This document shows, one piece after another, positions 16,479 through 24,384 of a stretch of DNA of 64,000 bases. How positions within the stretch are numbered: position 1 is the first letter of the stretch; each line of letters begins with the position of its first letter. The notes beneath the pieces are model-generated. The model was not told the DNA's origin. It searched no databases and saw only the letters and a program-made list of their open reading frames with translations. The stretch comes from an uncultured Actinomycetota bacterium (GTDB lineage Bacteria; Actinomycetota; Actinomycetes; Actinomycetales; CAWJMD01): positions 209,944-273,943 of the forward strand of contig CAWGTL010000014.1 of assembly GCA_963825505.1 (NCBI GenBank), read 5' to 3'. The translations under genes were made by a program, and so were the position numbers.

Positions 16479-17357
16479 TCACCGTCGGAGCTCGACCACC
16501 TCGTCCAGCCGCTGGAGCTTGTGCGGGTTGCGGATCGCGTAGATGCGGGTGATCCGGCCGTCCTCGATGGTGAACGCCACGGCGGTGTCGTTCGCGCCGC
16601 CGGGGTCGATGCGTGCCGCGATGCCGCCGTTGAGGTCGACGACGAAGGCCGTGGCGTCGGGCACCTCCTCGGCGAAGCGGGCCATCACCGGGGCGAGCTT
16701 GGCGGACCCGCGCACGGGCTTCGGGATCGTCGGGGCGAGGCCGCCGCCGTCGCCCACGACGAGCACGTCGGGAGCCAGCACCTCGAGCAGCCCGGGCACG
16801 TCGCCGGTGGTCAGCGCGGAGAGGAACCGCTCGACCACCCGCTGCTGCTCGGTACGGCTCACCGACACCCGCGGCCGGCGCGCTGCCACGTGCTTGCGAG
16901 CCCGGGTGGCGATCTGGCGCACCGCCGCCGGCGACTTGTCCAGCGCCTCGGCGATCTCGTCGTACGGCACGTCGAAGACCTCGCGGAGGACGAAGACCGC
17001 GCGCTCCGTCGGCAGCAGGGTCTCCAGCACCGCCAGCATCGCGATCGACACGCTCTCCGCGAGCTCGACGTCGTCGGCCACGTCCGGGCTGGTCAGGACG
17101 GGCTCGGGCAACCACTCGCCCACGTACTCCTCGCGCCGCCGAGCGAGCGTGCGGAACCGGTTGAGGCAGACCCTGCTCGTGATCCGCACGAGGTAGGCCC
17201 GCGGGTCCCGGACGTCGTTGCGCGCGGCGTCGTCGAGGGCCGCCCACCGCAGCCAGGTCTCCTGCACCACGTCCTCGGCGTCGGCGACCGAGCCGAGCAT
17301 CTCGTAGGCCACGGTGAACAGCAGACTGCGGTGGGCGACGAAGGAGTCCTCGCTCAT
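16479..17357 (-). CDS. sigJ: ECF sigma factor, ECF41/SigJ type, with a SnoaL-like C-terminal extension
   Basis: The sigma-2 region (LLFTVAYEMLGSVADAEDVVQETWLRW) and sigma-4 region (ERAVFVLREVFDVPYDEIAEALDKSPAAVRQIATRARKHV) are followed by a roughly 110-aa C-terminal domain. No anti-sigma gene lies adjacent. Confidence 0.8.
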   Translation of the reverse strand: MSEDSFVAHRSLLFTVAYEMLGSVADAEDVVQETWLRWAALDDAARNDVRDPRAYLVRITSRVCLNRFRTLARRREEYVGEWLPEPVLTSPDVADDVELAESVSIAMLAVLETLLPTERAVFVLREVFDVPYDEIAEALDKSPAAVRQIATRARKHVAARRPRVSVSRTEQQRVVERFLSALTTGDVPGLLEVLAPDVLVVGDGGGLAPTIPKPVRGSAKLAPVMARFAEEVPDATAFVVDLNGGIAARIDPGGANDTAVAFTIEDGRITRIYAIRNPHKLQRLDEVVELRR

Positions 17358-17944
17358 GACGCGGACGCTACCGCCGGGCGCTCGGCCAGCGGCTTCAGCC
17401 CGCAGGCGGCGGCGAAGCCGTCGGACTCGATGCCGAGCGCCACGTTGCCACGCGTGCTCATGTTCGCGAACGCGATCACCGAGGTCAGCTCGACCACGGC
17501 CGCAGGCCCCAGCTGGGCGTGCAGCCGGTCCACCAGCTCGTCGGTCACGGTCGGGGGCGTCTCGCTCATCGCCTCGGCGTACTCGAGGACGTCGCGCTCC
17601 AGCGGGGTGAAGACGCCCGCCTCGCGCCAGCGCGGGATCTCACGCGCCTTCTCCACGTCGAGCCCCCTGTTGCGGGCCTCGAAGTAGTTGAAGTCCAGGC
17701 ACCACGTGCAGCCGACCAGGGACGCGACCGCCATGTGGGCGAACGACTTCAGGCTCTCGTCGCAGGCGTCCCACTTCTGCAGCTTGCCGCCGAGGCCGGC
17801 GCTGGCGAACAGCACCTTGGGGTTGTGCCAGTAGACGCCTACGGCCGTCGGCACCTTGCCCAGCTTCTTCATCATCATGCGCTTGATGAGCGCTCCCTTG
17901 AGGCCTGTGACCTCGGCCGGGGGGATGCGGGTGGTGTGCTCCAT
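17354..17944 (-). CDS. Carboxymuconolactone decarboxylase (AhpD-like) family protein
   Basis: From the ATG at 17944: MEHTTRIPPAEVTGLKGALIKRMM...VASLVGCTWCLDFNYF..., a CxxC AhpD-like motif. The stop overlaps the sigJ ATG (ATGA). An SD, aggagga, precedes the start. Confidence 0.75.
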   Translation of the reverse strand: MEHTTRIPPAEVTGLKGALIKRMMMKKLGKVPTAVGVYWHNPKVLFASAGLGGKLQKWDACDESLKSFAHMAVASLVGCTWCLDFNYFEARNRGLDVEKAREIPRWREAGVFTPLERDVLEYAEAMSETPPTVTDELVDRLHAQLGPAAVVELTSVIAFANMSTRGNVALGIESDGFAAACGLKPLAERPAVASAS

Positions 17945-18000
17945 GTCTCCTCCTGAGTCGGTGGCTGCGCTGACGACGGGGTGGGTCGTCGCGTCATGAA

Positions 18001-18027
18001 GACACCGGCCGGAGAGCGGATGTGACA
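18001..18027 (-). promoter_or_regulatory. Candidate ECF41-type promoter (TGTCACA-n16-TGTC) for the CMD-sigJ operon
   Basis: The minus strand reads TGTCACA (18027-18021), then 16 nt, then TGTC (18004-18001), about 55 nt upstream of the CMD ATG. From memory the published ECF41 consensus is TGTCACA-n16-CGTC. Confidence 0.45.
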
Positions 18028-18065
18028 CGAGGGCACGCGCGATCTCGTCGTGCCAGACTTCCTGT

Positions 18066-18935
18066 GTGTTCGATGGCTTCACCGAGTCGATGGTCGACGC
18101 AGGCGACCTGCGGTTGCTCGTTCGGTCCGGGGGCGCCGGACCGGCGCTGCTGCTGCTGCACGGCCACCCGCGTACGTCGGCGACCTGGCACCGCGTCGCT
18201 CCTGCGCTGGTCGACCGCGGCTTCACCGTGGTGTGTGCCGACCTCCCTGGCTACGGCCGCTCGGACAAGCCGGAACCGACTGCAGACCACGCAGCACACT
18301 CCAAACGAGTCGGTGCCTGCCGTCTGCTGCACGCCATGCGAGAGCTCGGGCACGACCGGTTCGCCGTGGTCGGTCACGACCGCGGCAGCTACTACGCCCT
18401 GCGCCTGGCGCTGGACCATCCCGCCAGCGTCACGCGGCTGGCCCTGCTGGACGGCCTACCGATCAGCGAGCACCTCGACCGGGCGAACGCCCGGTTCGCC
18501 ACCGCGTGGTGGCACTGGTTCTTCTTCGCTCAACCGGAGATCCCCGAACGCGTCATCGGGGCCGACCCCGACGCCTGGTATCACGGGGACCCCGAGACCA
18601 TGGGTCGGGAGAACCACGCCGAGTGGCTGCGAGCGATCCGCGATCCTGCCGTGGTCAGAGGCATGCTCGAGGACTACCGAGCCGGCCTCACGGTCGACGC
18701 CGACCACGAGCGCGCCGATCGCGCCGCGGGCCGACGCGTCGAACAGCCCCTGCTGGTGCTGTGGTCCCTGCGCGACGACCTCGAGGACCTCTACGGCGAC
18801 CCGCTGGCCATCTGGTCCGCGTGGGCAGACGACGTCACCGGCCACGGCATCGACTCCGGCCATCACGTGGCCGAGGAAGCCCCGGAAGAACTCGCCCGGG
18901 CGCTCTCGGACTTCCTGACGCTCGCGCCTCGGTAG
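18066..18935 (+). CDS. Alpha/beta hydrolase, haloacetate dehalogenase / epoxide hydrolase-like
   Basis: LLLLHGHPRTSATW..., GHDRGSYYALRLA (Asp nucleophile) and WWHWFFFAQP fit the fluoroacetate-dehalogenase-like subfamily pattern. Confidence 0.75.
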   Translation: MFDGFTESMVDAGDLRLLVRSGGAGPALLLLHGHPRTSATWHRVAPALVDRGFTVVCADLPGYGRSDKPEPTADHAAHSKRVGACRLLHAMRELGHDRFAVVGHDRGSYYALRLALDHPASVTRLALLDGLPISEHLDRANARFATAWWHWFFFAQPEIPERVIGADPDAWYHGDPETMGRENHAEWLRAIRDPAVVRGMLEDYRAGLTVDADHERADRAAGRRVEQPLLVLWSLRDDLEDLYGDPLAIWSAWADDVTGHGIDSGHHVAEEAPEELARALSDFLTLAPR

Positions 18936-18960
18936 GAGATCCTCGACGGGCGTCCGCACC

Positions 18961-19233
18961 TCAGACCGGTTCGAGCACCGCGACCGGGATCGTCCGGCCC
19001 GCCTTGCGGGCGTACCGGGTGACCTCGGGAGCCTCGGCCAGGACCGCGTCACGCCACATCGCATCGCGCTCGTCACCGAGCAGCTCACGGACCGTTGCCT
19101 TGAAGTGCCGATCCCGCACCTGGACCTGCGCAACCGTCGCCTGCCGAAGGTTCTCCATCCACACGCCGACGCGGTTTCCGATGCGGGTCCACGTCGCCCT
19201 CATCGCGCTGTTCCGCACGCCGCTCTCATGCAC
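18961..19233 (-). pseudogene. Remnant of an F420-dependent nitroreductase/DUF385 (Ddn-like) family protein with the core deleted
   Basis: The 90-aa ORF joins an N-terminal-like RIGNRVGVWM directly to the family C-terminus ENLRQATVAQVQVRDRHFKATVRELLGDERDAMW...RTIPVAVLEP. The central barrel of about 60 aa expected in full-length members is missing. Confidence 0.45.
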
Positions 19234-19355
19234 CGACGGTAGCGAGGACCCGGCCCCGCGCTTACCAGCGCTCGACGCGGCGGAGTGTGGCGCTCGCGTT
19301 GCACGGGGTAGTGAAGCGTGTTGATCCGAAGGTTTACAGAAAGTCGACTCCTCTC

Positions 19356-19589
19356 ATGTCGACGACCACGGTCAAGGTTCGAGCCAGCACCCGGGACCAG
19401 CTGCTCGCGATCGGCGCCTCTCGACACCTCAGCGCTGATCAGGTCATCGTCACTGCCTTGGCGGCGCTGCTGCGCGACGAACGACGCCAGCTCGCCGCCG
19501 CCGGGGCCCGCGCCATCGCTGCCGACCCCGCTGACCTCGCCGGGATCAAGGCGATCCGAGACGACGTCGCAGCTCTGCATGCGGGGTGA
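19356..19589 (+). CDS. Type II antitoxin (MazE/RHH-like)
   Basis: MSTTTVKVRASTRDQLLAIGASRHLSADQVIVTALAALL.... It overlaps the downstream mazF-like start by 11 nt. Confidence 0.6.
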   Translation: MSTTTVKVRASTRDQLLAIGASRHLSADQVIVTALAALLRDERRQLAAAGARAIAADPADLAGIKAIRDDVAALHAG

Positions 19590-19884
19590 GGTCTACCGGC
19601 TGCCCGCCCGCGGCAAGGGCCACGAACAGCAGGGCAGGCGGTACGCCGTGGTCCTGCAACCCGATTGGCTGGCACTGAGCTCCTGGATCGTCGCGGTCAC
19701 CAGCAGCAGCGCTCGACCGACGAGCTTCCGCCCGGGCGTGGAGATCGCCGGCCAGCCGACACTCGTGCTGTGCGACCAGATCGCCACGGTCGACCTCAAC
19801 CGGCTCGCGGAGCCCGCGGGCTTCCTGAGCCTGGACGAGATGCAGCGTGTCGATGCCGCTCTCGCTCTTGTTCTCGACCTCTGA
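19579..19884 (+). CDS. mazF: MazF/PemK family toxin endoribonuclease
   Basis: MRGEVYRLPARGKGHEQQGRRYAVVLQPDWLALSSWIVAVTSSSARPTSFRPGVEIAGQPTLVLCDQIATVDLNRL is a typical PemK fold signature. Confidence 0.75.
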   Translation: MRGEVYRLPARGKGHEQQGRRYAVVLQPDWLALSSWIVAVTSSSARPTSFRPGVEIAGQPTLVLCDQIATVDLNRLAEPAGFLSLDEMQRVDAALALVLDL

Positions 19885-20171
19885 CGCCGACCGGCGGCGC
19901 AACGGGGCGGCCCAAGGACGGCGTCGGCTGTGGCCCGCAGTTGACCGGCGCGCGAGGGGCCCTGGCAGAAGGCGGTGTCGGGCTCGAGCTCGTGGGTTCG
20001 CGCGAAGGTCCCGACCGCCGAGACCGCGCACTCGAGAAGATGGCGTTCGTACTCGACCGCGTTCTCCTTCCGGCATGCCTCGCCGGCCGCTCGATGCCCG
20101 CCGACGCCAACGCACCTACATGCGGCGGCCGAGCCCGACCTGGTGGCGGGCCCGGCCGAAGACGGTGGTGG

Positions 20172-20774
20172 TCAGGCCATCTCGGGGACGTGCAGGTGCG
20201 CATAAGCCAGGTCGAACTCGTGCACGTCGACGATCTGGCCGCCTGCGTCGCTCGCGGCCCGGTTGCGCATGTCGTCGGCCGCCGAGCGGCTGGCTTCCAT
20301 CGTGGCGCGGGTCTCCCAGGCCGTGGTTGCGCAACCCAGCCCGGTCGACCGGTTCATGAGCAGGCTGGCGCTGCAGAATCCGTGGGTCTGCTCGAGCCGG
20401 GGAAGGATCCCGACCCGGAAGGTCTCCGTCATGGCGTCGAGGTCGCCCTGCAGCCAGCTGACTCGGCAGCACTCGCCGTGGTGGGTGCGGTGCATGACGG
20501 CGATCTCCCAAGCGTCTACCTGCATGGAGCCGCCGAGAATGTCCCGCCCGCGATCGCGGAGGGGGCGAAGTTGCTCATCGCTGGCGCGCATGGCCGCCTC
20601 GTCCTCCCACGAACTTGTTGCAATGCACTCCCCGGTCTCGTGGTCGACCAGCAGTGAGAGGCCGCGACAGCCCTCGATCTTGTCGAGCATGGGCCCCGCT
20701 TCGTTCTTGACGAACGCGATGCCCGCGTCGATGTTGCCGGGCTTCCCGTGGAATGTGGTGGAACGTGCGTACAT
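20172..20774 (-). CDS. Hypothetical protein, apparently an internally duplicated ABM/Dabb-like ferredoxin fold
   Basis: From the ATG at 20774: MYARSTTFHGKPGNIDAGIAFVKNEAGPMLDKIEGCRGLSLLVDHETGECIATSSWEDEAAMRAS.... A second similar half follows: ...FCSASLLMNRSTGLGCATTAWETRATMEAS. Confidence 0.5.
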   Translation of the reverse strand: MYARSTTFHGKPGNIDAGIAFVKNEAGPMLDKIEGCRGLSLLVDHETGECIATSSWEDEAAMRASDEQLRPLRDRGRDILGGSMQVDAWEIAVMHRTHHGECCRVSWLQGDLDAMTETFRVGILPRLEQTHGFCSASLLMNRSTGLGCATTAWETRATMEASRSAADDMRNRAASDAGGQIVDVHEFDLAYAHLHVPEMA

Positions 20775-21053
20775 GGTCGACTCCAATCGGGGACGCGGCA
20801 GCGCCCGGTCCGGCACCGCCGGCTGATCCCCTGCTTACTCCCTTGCGCGCGTGGACGCCATAGCCCGCTCTGCAATTCCCGGCCTCTTCGGGCCAGCACG
20901 CACCGGCCTCAGTCCGTCCGCGTGCGTGCGAAGGAGCGAAGGAGCATCGCGTGCCAGATCCGCTTGCGGCGGATAGACCCAGCCACGGCCCCCATGCTCG
21001 GCGACGCCGAACAGCAGGTCGGTGTGGACGACGATCCCGCGCATACGACGCGG

Positions 21054-21644
21054 CTACTTCGGGTTGATGCTCCAGAGCAGCTGATCGTAGTAGTTGGCGC
21101 CACCTGCGAAGTTCAGCTCCACGAACACCCGGTCTGTGTACGTCCCAGTCCACTTCTTGTACTTGCCGGTCCCGCCCACGATGTCACCGTCACCACCACC
21201 GCCGACTACCGCTCCGGGATCACCATTGAGATGCGTCGGTGGCTTGACCGATGGGTCCATGAGCGCACCTACGGTGCCGCTTTCACCCGAGTGCACGTAG
21301 ATGTCGCCGTTGTCGAGATCGAACCAGATGAACTCACCGAAGGCGAGCGGTCCGCCGGTCAGATCGAGATTCTTCGTCCAGACGTAGATGGCCCCCTGGA
21401 CCTTGCCCGTGGATGCATCGACGGCTGGCATCGAAACCGAAGGCTCACAATCCGAGTCGCACCACGTAGTGAACGACGAGGTAGCCGGCGTGGAGTGTGT
21501 ATTCGGCACGGCCGGCCCGTTGTAGACCAGGACGATGCTCTGCGGAGAGGATGCGCCGCCACCCGATGCGACCACCACATCGCTGCCAGCCATCAGTGCA
21601 CCAGCTGCAAGCGCCGCCGCAGCGGCTGTTAACCGAAACCTCAT
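21054..21644 (-). CDS. Secreted protein with a dirigent / allene-oxide-cyclase-barrel-like C-terminus
   Basis: From the ATG at 21644: MRFRLTAAAAALAAGALMAGS (signal peptide) ...IVGGTGKYKKWTGTYTDRVFVEL.... Codon usage is visibly poorer in GC3 (act, aca, ggt, gat, aag) than in neighbouring genes. Confidence 0.55.
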   Translation of the reverse strand: MRFRLTAAAAALAAGALMAGSDVVVASGGGASSPQSIVLVYNGPAVPNTHSTPATSSFTTWCDSDCEPSVSMPAVDASTGKVQGAIYVWTKNLDLTGGPLAFGEFIWFDLDNGDIYVHSGESGTVGALMDPSVKPPTHLNGDPGAVVGGGGDGDIVGGTGKYKKWTGTYTDRVFVELNFAGGANYYDQLLWSINPK

Positions 21645-21859
21645 GGGGCATCTCCTTGTTCGAGCGGAATGACGACTAGCGACTCGGCCCCGCGCTCCGT
21701 CGGAGGAGCGCTGCTTGCGACACTCCCACCGTTCCGGGGTGACGTCCATGCCCGCATCAACGCAGAAGTTGCCCATTCCTCACTTTGCTTGGGACTCCTG
21801 CGACCTGGGCGAACCTGAAGCGTCCGCTATGCCCCTGCCCGGCCTTCCGCCTTGCCGCC

Positions 21860-22084
21860 GTACGGCGGAGCCCGACCATGCCGCGGGTCGCGTGCCCTGA
21901 GCCGCGTCCAACTGGCGTTGGAGCACCGACAGCCTGCGCAGACGCTCGGCGCGGACGGCGGCCGATCGGGCGACGAGGACGCTGAGGTGGAGCTTGGCCG
22001 GCGTGATGGCGCTGATCGCGAGCTCGCCCTCGAGGCGCCGACGTCGTCGGCGACGATCACGCTCGTGTCGAGGACGGCCCTCAC
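21860..22084 (-). pseudogene. vapC: Decayed PIN-domain toxin (vapC), frameshifted and 3'-truncated
   Basis: The GTG (cac at 22082-22084) overlaps the antitoxin stop (GTGA). It reads VRAVLDTSVIVADDVGA and then loses frame. The next frame continues with LEGELAISAITPAKLHLSVLVARSAAVRAERLRRLSVLQRQLDAAQ. No PIN C-terminal half follows. Confidence 0.6.
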
Positions 22085-22344
22085 GGCCGCTCGAAGGGAT
22101 CGGTCAGCGTGTCGTCCGACCGCTCGCGGTCCTCGTCCCGGTCCGGGTCGCCCGGACCGCGGAACAGGTCGTCGATCTCGTCCCACGTCCGCCAGCGACG
22201 AGGAGCCGCGGCGACGAGCCGGGCGCTCGCTCGGCCGGCCACGGTGATCGTGAGCTGCTCACCCGCCTCGACCCGGCGGAGCAGGTCAGAGGCGCTTTGG
22301 CGGAGCTCGCGGGGGCCGACGTCCGTCAATCGCAGGCTGTGCAC
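22081..22344 (-). CDS. Phd/YefM-type antitoxin
   Basis: From the GTG at 22344: VHSLRLTDVGPRELRQSASDLLRRVEAGEQLTITVAGRASARLVAAAPRRWRTWDEIDDLF.... Confidence 0.65.
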   Translation of the reverse strand: MHSLRLTDVGPRELRQSASDLLRRVEAGEQLTITVAGRASARLVAAAPRRWRTWDEIDDLFRGPGDPDRDEDRERSDDTLTDPFERP

Positions 22345-22408
22345 AGGTGCTGCACCGAGCGCCGTGCTGGGTGAGGCCGAGGCCGCGCGGCACAGTACGT
22401 TCGAGTAC

Positions 22409-23212
22409 GTGGACACCCAGGCCGTGCTCGATCTCGTGCGGGAGGTGTCGGCGGCCGTCGTCGAGCCGCGGTTCCGTGCGCTCGCGGACGGCGAGGTGAT
22501 GGAGAAGAACCCGGGCGACCTGGTCACCGTCGCCGACCACGAGGCCGAGGTGCTGCTCACCCGGGCGCTGAACCAGGCCTACCCCGACGCGCTCGTGCTG
22601 GGCGAGGAGGCCGCCTCGGCCGACCCGTCCCTGCTCGATCGCTACGCGGCGGCGCCGCACGCGTTCACGGTCGACCCCGTCGACGGGACGAAGAACTTCG
22701 TCCGCGGCTCCAAGGACCACGCGGTGATGGTGGCCGAGGTGCGCACCGGCGAGGTCGTCCGCAGCTGGATCTGGCACCCGCAGCACCGCGTCGCCTACGT
22801 GGCCGAGGTCGGTGCCGGCGCCTGGCGCGACGGCGAGCGGCTCGTCCGCCCCGAGCGCGACCCGGGCGCGGCGCCGCGCGGCGTCACCTCGCACCAGCCG
22901 TGGGTTGGCCTCGCGCTCGACGGCTTGCCGCCGCTGGAGCTCACCTGGGTCTCGTGCGGCATCGACTACGCCCGGCTCGCCGAGGGCGCTGCCGACTACG
23001 TGCTGTACCGCGGTGTCACGGTCTCCGGTCAGCGCCGCGGCCTGCCGTGGGACCACGCGCCGGGCTCGCTGCTGCTGTCCGAGGCCGGTGGGCACGTCAC
23101 GCTCTTCGGCGGCGACCCGTACGACCCGCGCGTGCTCCCCGACGAAGGCCTCGTGGCCGCCGGGGACGACGCCACGGGGGCACTGGTGCGAGGTCTGCTC
23201 CCGCTGCCCTGA
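22409..23212 (+). CDS. Inositol monophosphatase family protein
   Basis: ...VTVADHEAEVLL..., FTVDPVDGTKNFVRG and LPWDHAPGSLL are IMPase metal-binding motifs. The start is uncertain, with in-frame GTGs at 22364 and 22409. Confidence 0.75.
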   Translation: MDTQAVLDLVREVSAAVVEPRFRALADGEVMEKNPGDLVTVADHEAEVLLTRALNQAYPDALVLGEEAASADPSLLDRYAAAPHAFTVDPVDGTKNFVRGSKDHAVMVAEVRTGEVVRSWIWHPQHRVAYVAEVGAGAWRDGERLVRPERDPGAAPRGVTSHQPWVGLALDGLPPLELTWVSCGIDYARLAEGAADYVLYRGVTVSGQRRGLPWDHAPGSLLLSEAGGHVTLFGGDPYDPRVLPDEGLVAAGDDATGALVRGLLPLP

Positions 23213-23245
23213 CCGAGCGCGTCGCCAGCCCCGACCTGCCACGAT

Positions 23246-24112
23246 GTGGCCGTGCACCGCCACTACAACGGCCTCAAGACGGCCATGCTGCTCGGCCTCC
23301 TCGGCGCCGTCGTCATCGGTGCGAGCTGGTTGCTCTTCGGCCGCAGCTCGACGGCGCTGGTCATCGGGCTCGCGATCGCCCTGGTGATGAACGGGATCGC
23401 CTACTGGCGGTCGTCCACGATCGCGCTGAAGGCGATGCACGCCTACCCGGTCACCGAGCAGCAGCAGCCGACGATGTACGCCATCGTGCGCGAGCTCTCG
23501 CAGACGGCCGGGCAGCCGATGCCGGCGCTCTACGTCTCGCCCACGGCCAACCCGAACGCGTTCGCCACCGGCCGCAACCCGAAGAACGCGGCGGTCTGCT
23601 GCACCGAGGGGATCCTCGCGATCCTCGACGAGCGCGAGCTGCGCGGGGTGCTCGGCCACGAGCTGATGCACGTCTACAACCGCGACATCCTCACGTCGTC
23701 GGTCGCCGCCTCCGCCTCGTCAGTTCTCACCTTCCTCGCCTACGGCGCCATGTACTTCGGCGGCGACGCGCGCCGTCCGAACCCGATCGGCGCGATCGCC
23801 ATCAGCATCCTCGGCCCGCTCGCGGCGGGGTTGGTGCAGATGGCGATCTCGCGCACCCGGGAGTACGACGCCGACGAGGACGGCTCGACCCTCACCGGTG
23901 ACCCGCTGGCGCTCGCGTCGGCGCTCGCCAAGCTCGACGCCGGCGTCAAGCAGCGTCCCCTGCCGCCGCAGCGTGACCTGGTCAACACCAGCCACCTGAT
24001 GATCGCCAACCCGTTCAGCGCCCGCGGTGTCAGCCGTCTGTTCGCCACGCACCCGCCGATGGCGGACAGGATCGCCCGGCTGCAGGCGATGGCGGGACGC
24101 CCGCCCGCCTGA
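23246..24112 (+). CDS. htpX: Zinc metalloprotease HtpX (M48)
   Basis: ...[14 protein letters not shown]..., [16 protein letters not shown] (HExxH motif) and ...REYDADEDG...[14 protein letters not shown]. Confidence 0.9.
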   Translation: MAVHRHYNGLKTAMLLGLLGAVVIGASWLLFGRSSTALVIGLAIALVMNGIAYWRSSTIALKAMHAYPVTEQQQPTMYAIVRELSQTAGQPMPALYVSPTANPNAFATGRNPKNAAVCCTEGILAILDERELRGVLGHELMHVYNRDILTSSVAASASSVLTFLAYGAMYFGGDARRPNPIGAIAISILGPLAAGLVQMAISRTREYDADEDGSTLTGDPLALASALAKLDAGVKQRPLPPQRDLVNTSHLMIANPFSARGVSRLFATHPPMADRIARLQAMAGRPPA

Positions 24113-24384
24113 GCACGTCCGACGCGCTGATCTCACCTGTCGGGACGCAAGCGACCGACAGGTGGACATCACGTAGCCTCGACGACGTGTCCGACGCCCG
24201 CAGCACCCACCTCGTGACCCGCCGTCACGTGGATCTGCAGCGCGTGCACTCGGCCACCTGTCGCCGCCGCCAGGCCTGAGCGCCCTCCCGCGCTCCCCGG
24301 CCGACCCTCGCCGCCCTCCGGCTCCCCGGGCGCGCGCTCCCTACGACGGCCGCGCCTCCTCCCACCCCCTCGTGGAGGCACCGC

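Noticed and set aside
19885-20171. Unassigned stretch after mazF. One minus-strand frame reads ...CRKENAVEYERHLLECAVSAVGTFARTHELEPDTAFCQG....
   Set aside because: There is no start codon or SD, no recognisable family, and stops interrupt the neighbouring frames. It may be a gene remnant, but I cannot support that from the sequence alone.
20775-21053. The short minus-strand ORF 20835..21044 (MRGIVVHTDLLFGVAEHGG...) between the ABM-like gene and the secreted-protein gene.
   Set aside because: It is only 69 aa, with no motifs and no convincing ribosome-binding site. I treat it as non-coding or a remnant.
18961-22344. Integrase, transposase, IS ends or attachment-site repeats that would define the islet as a mobile element.
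   Set aside because: I recognised none in any frame, and there is no tRNA at the borders. I therefore call it only an accessory islet, not a mobile element.
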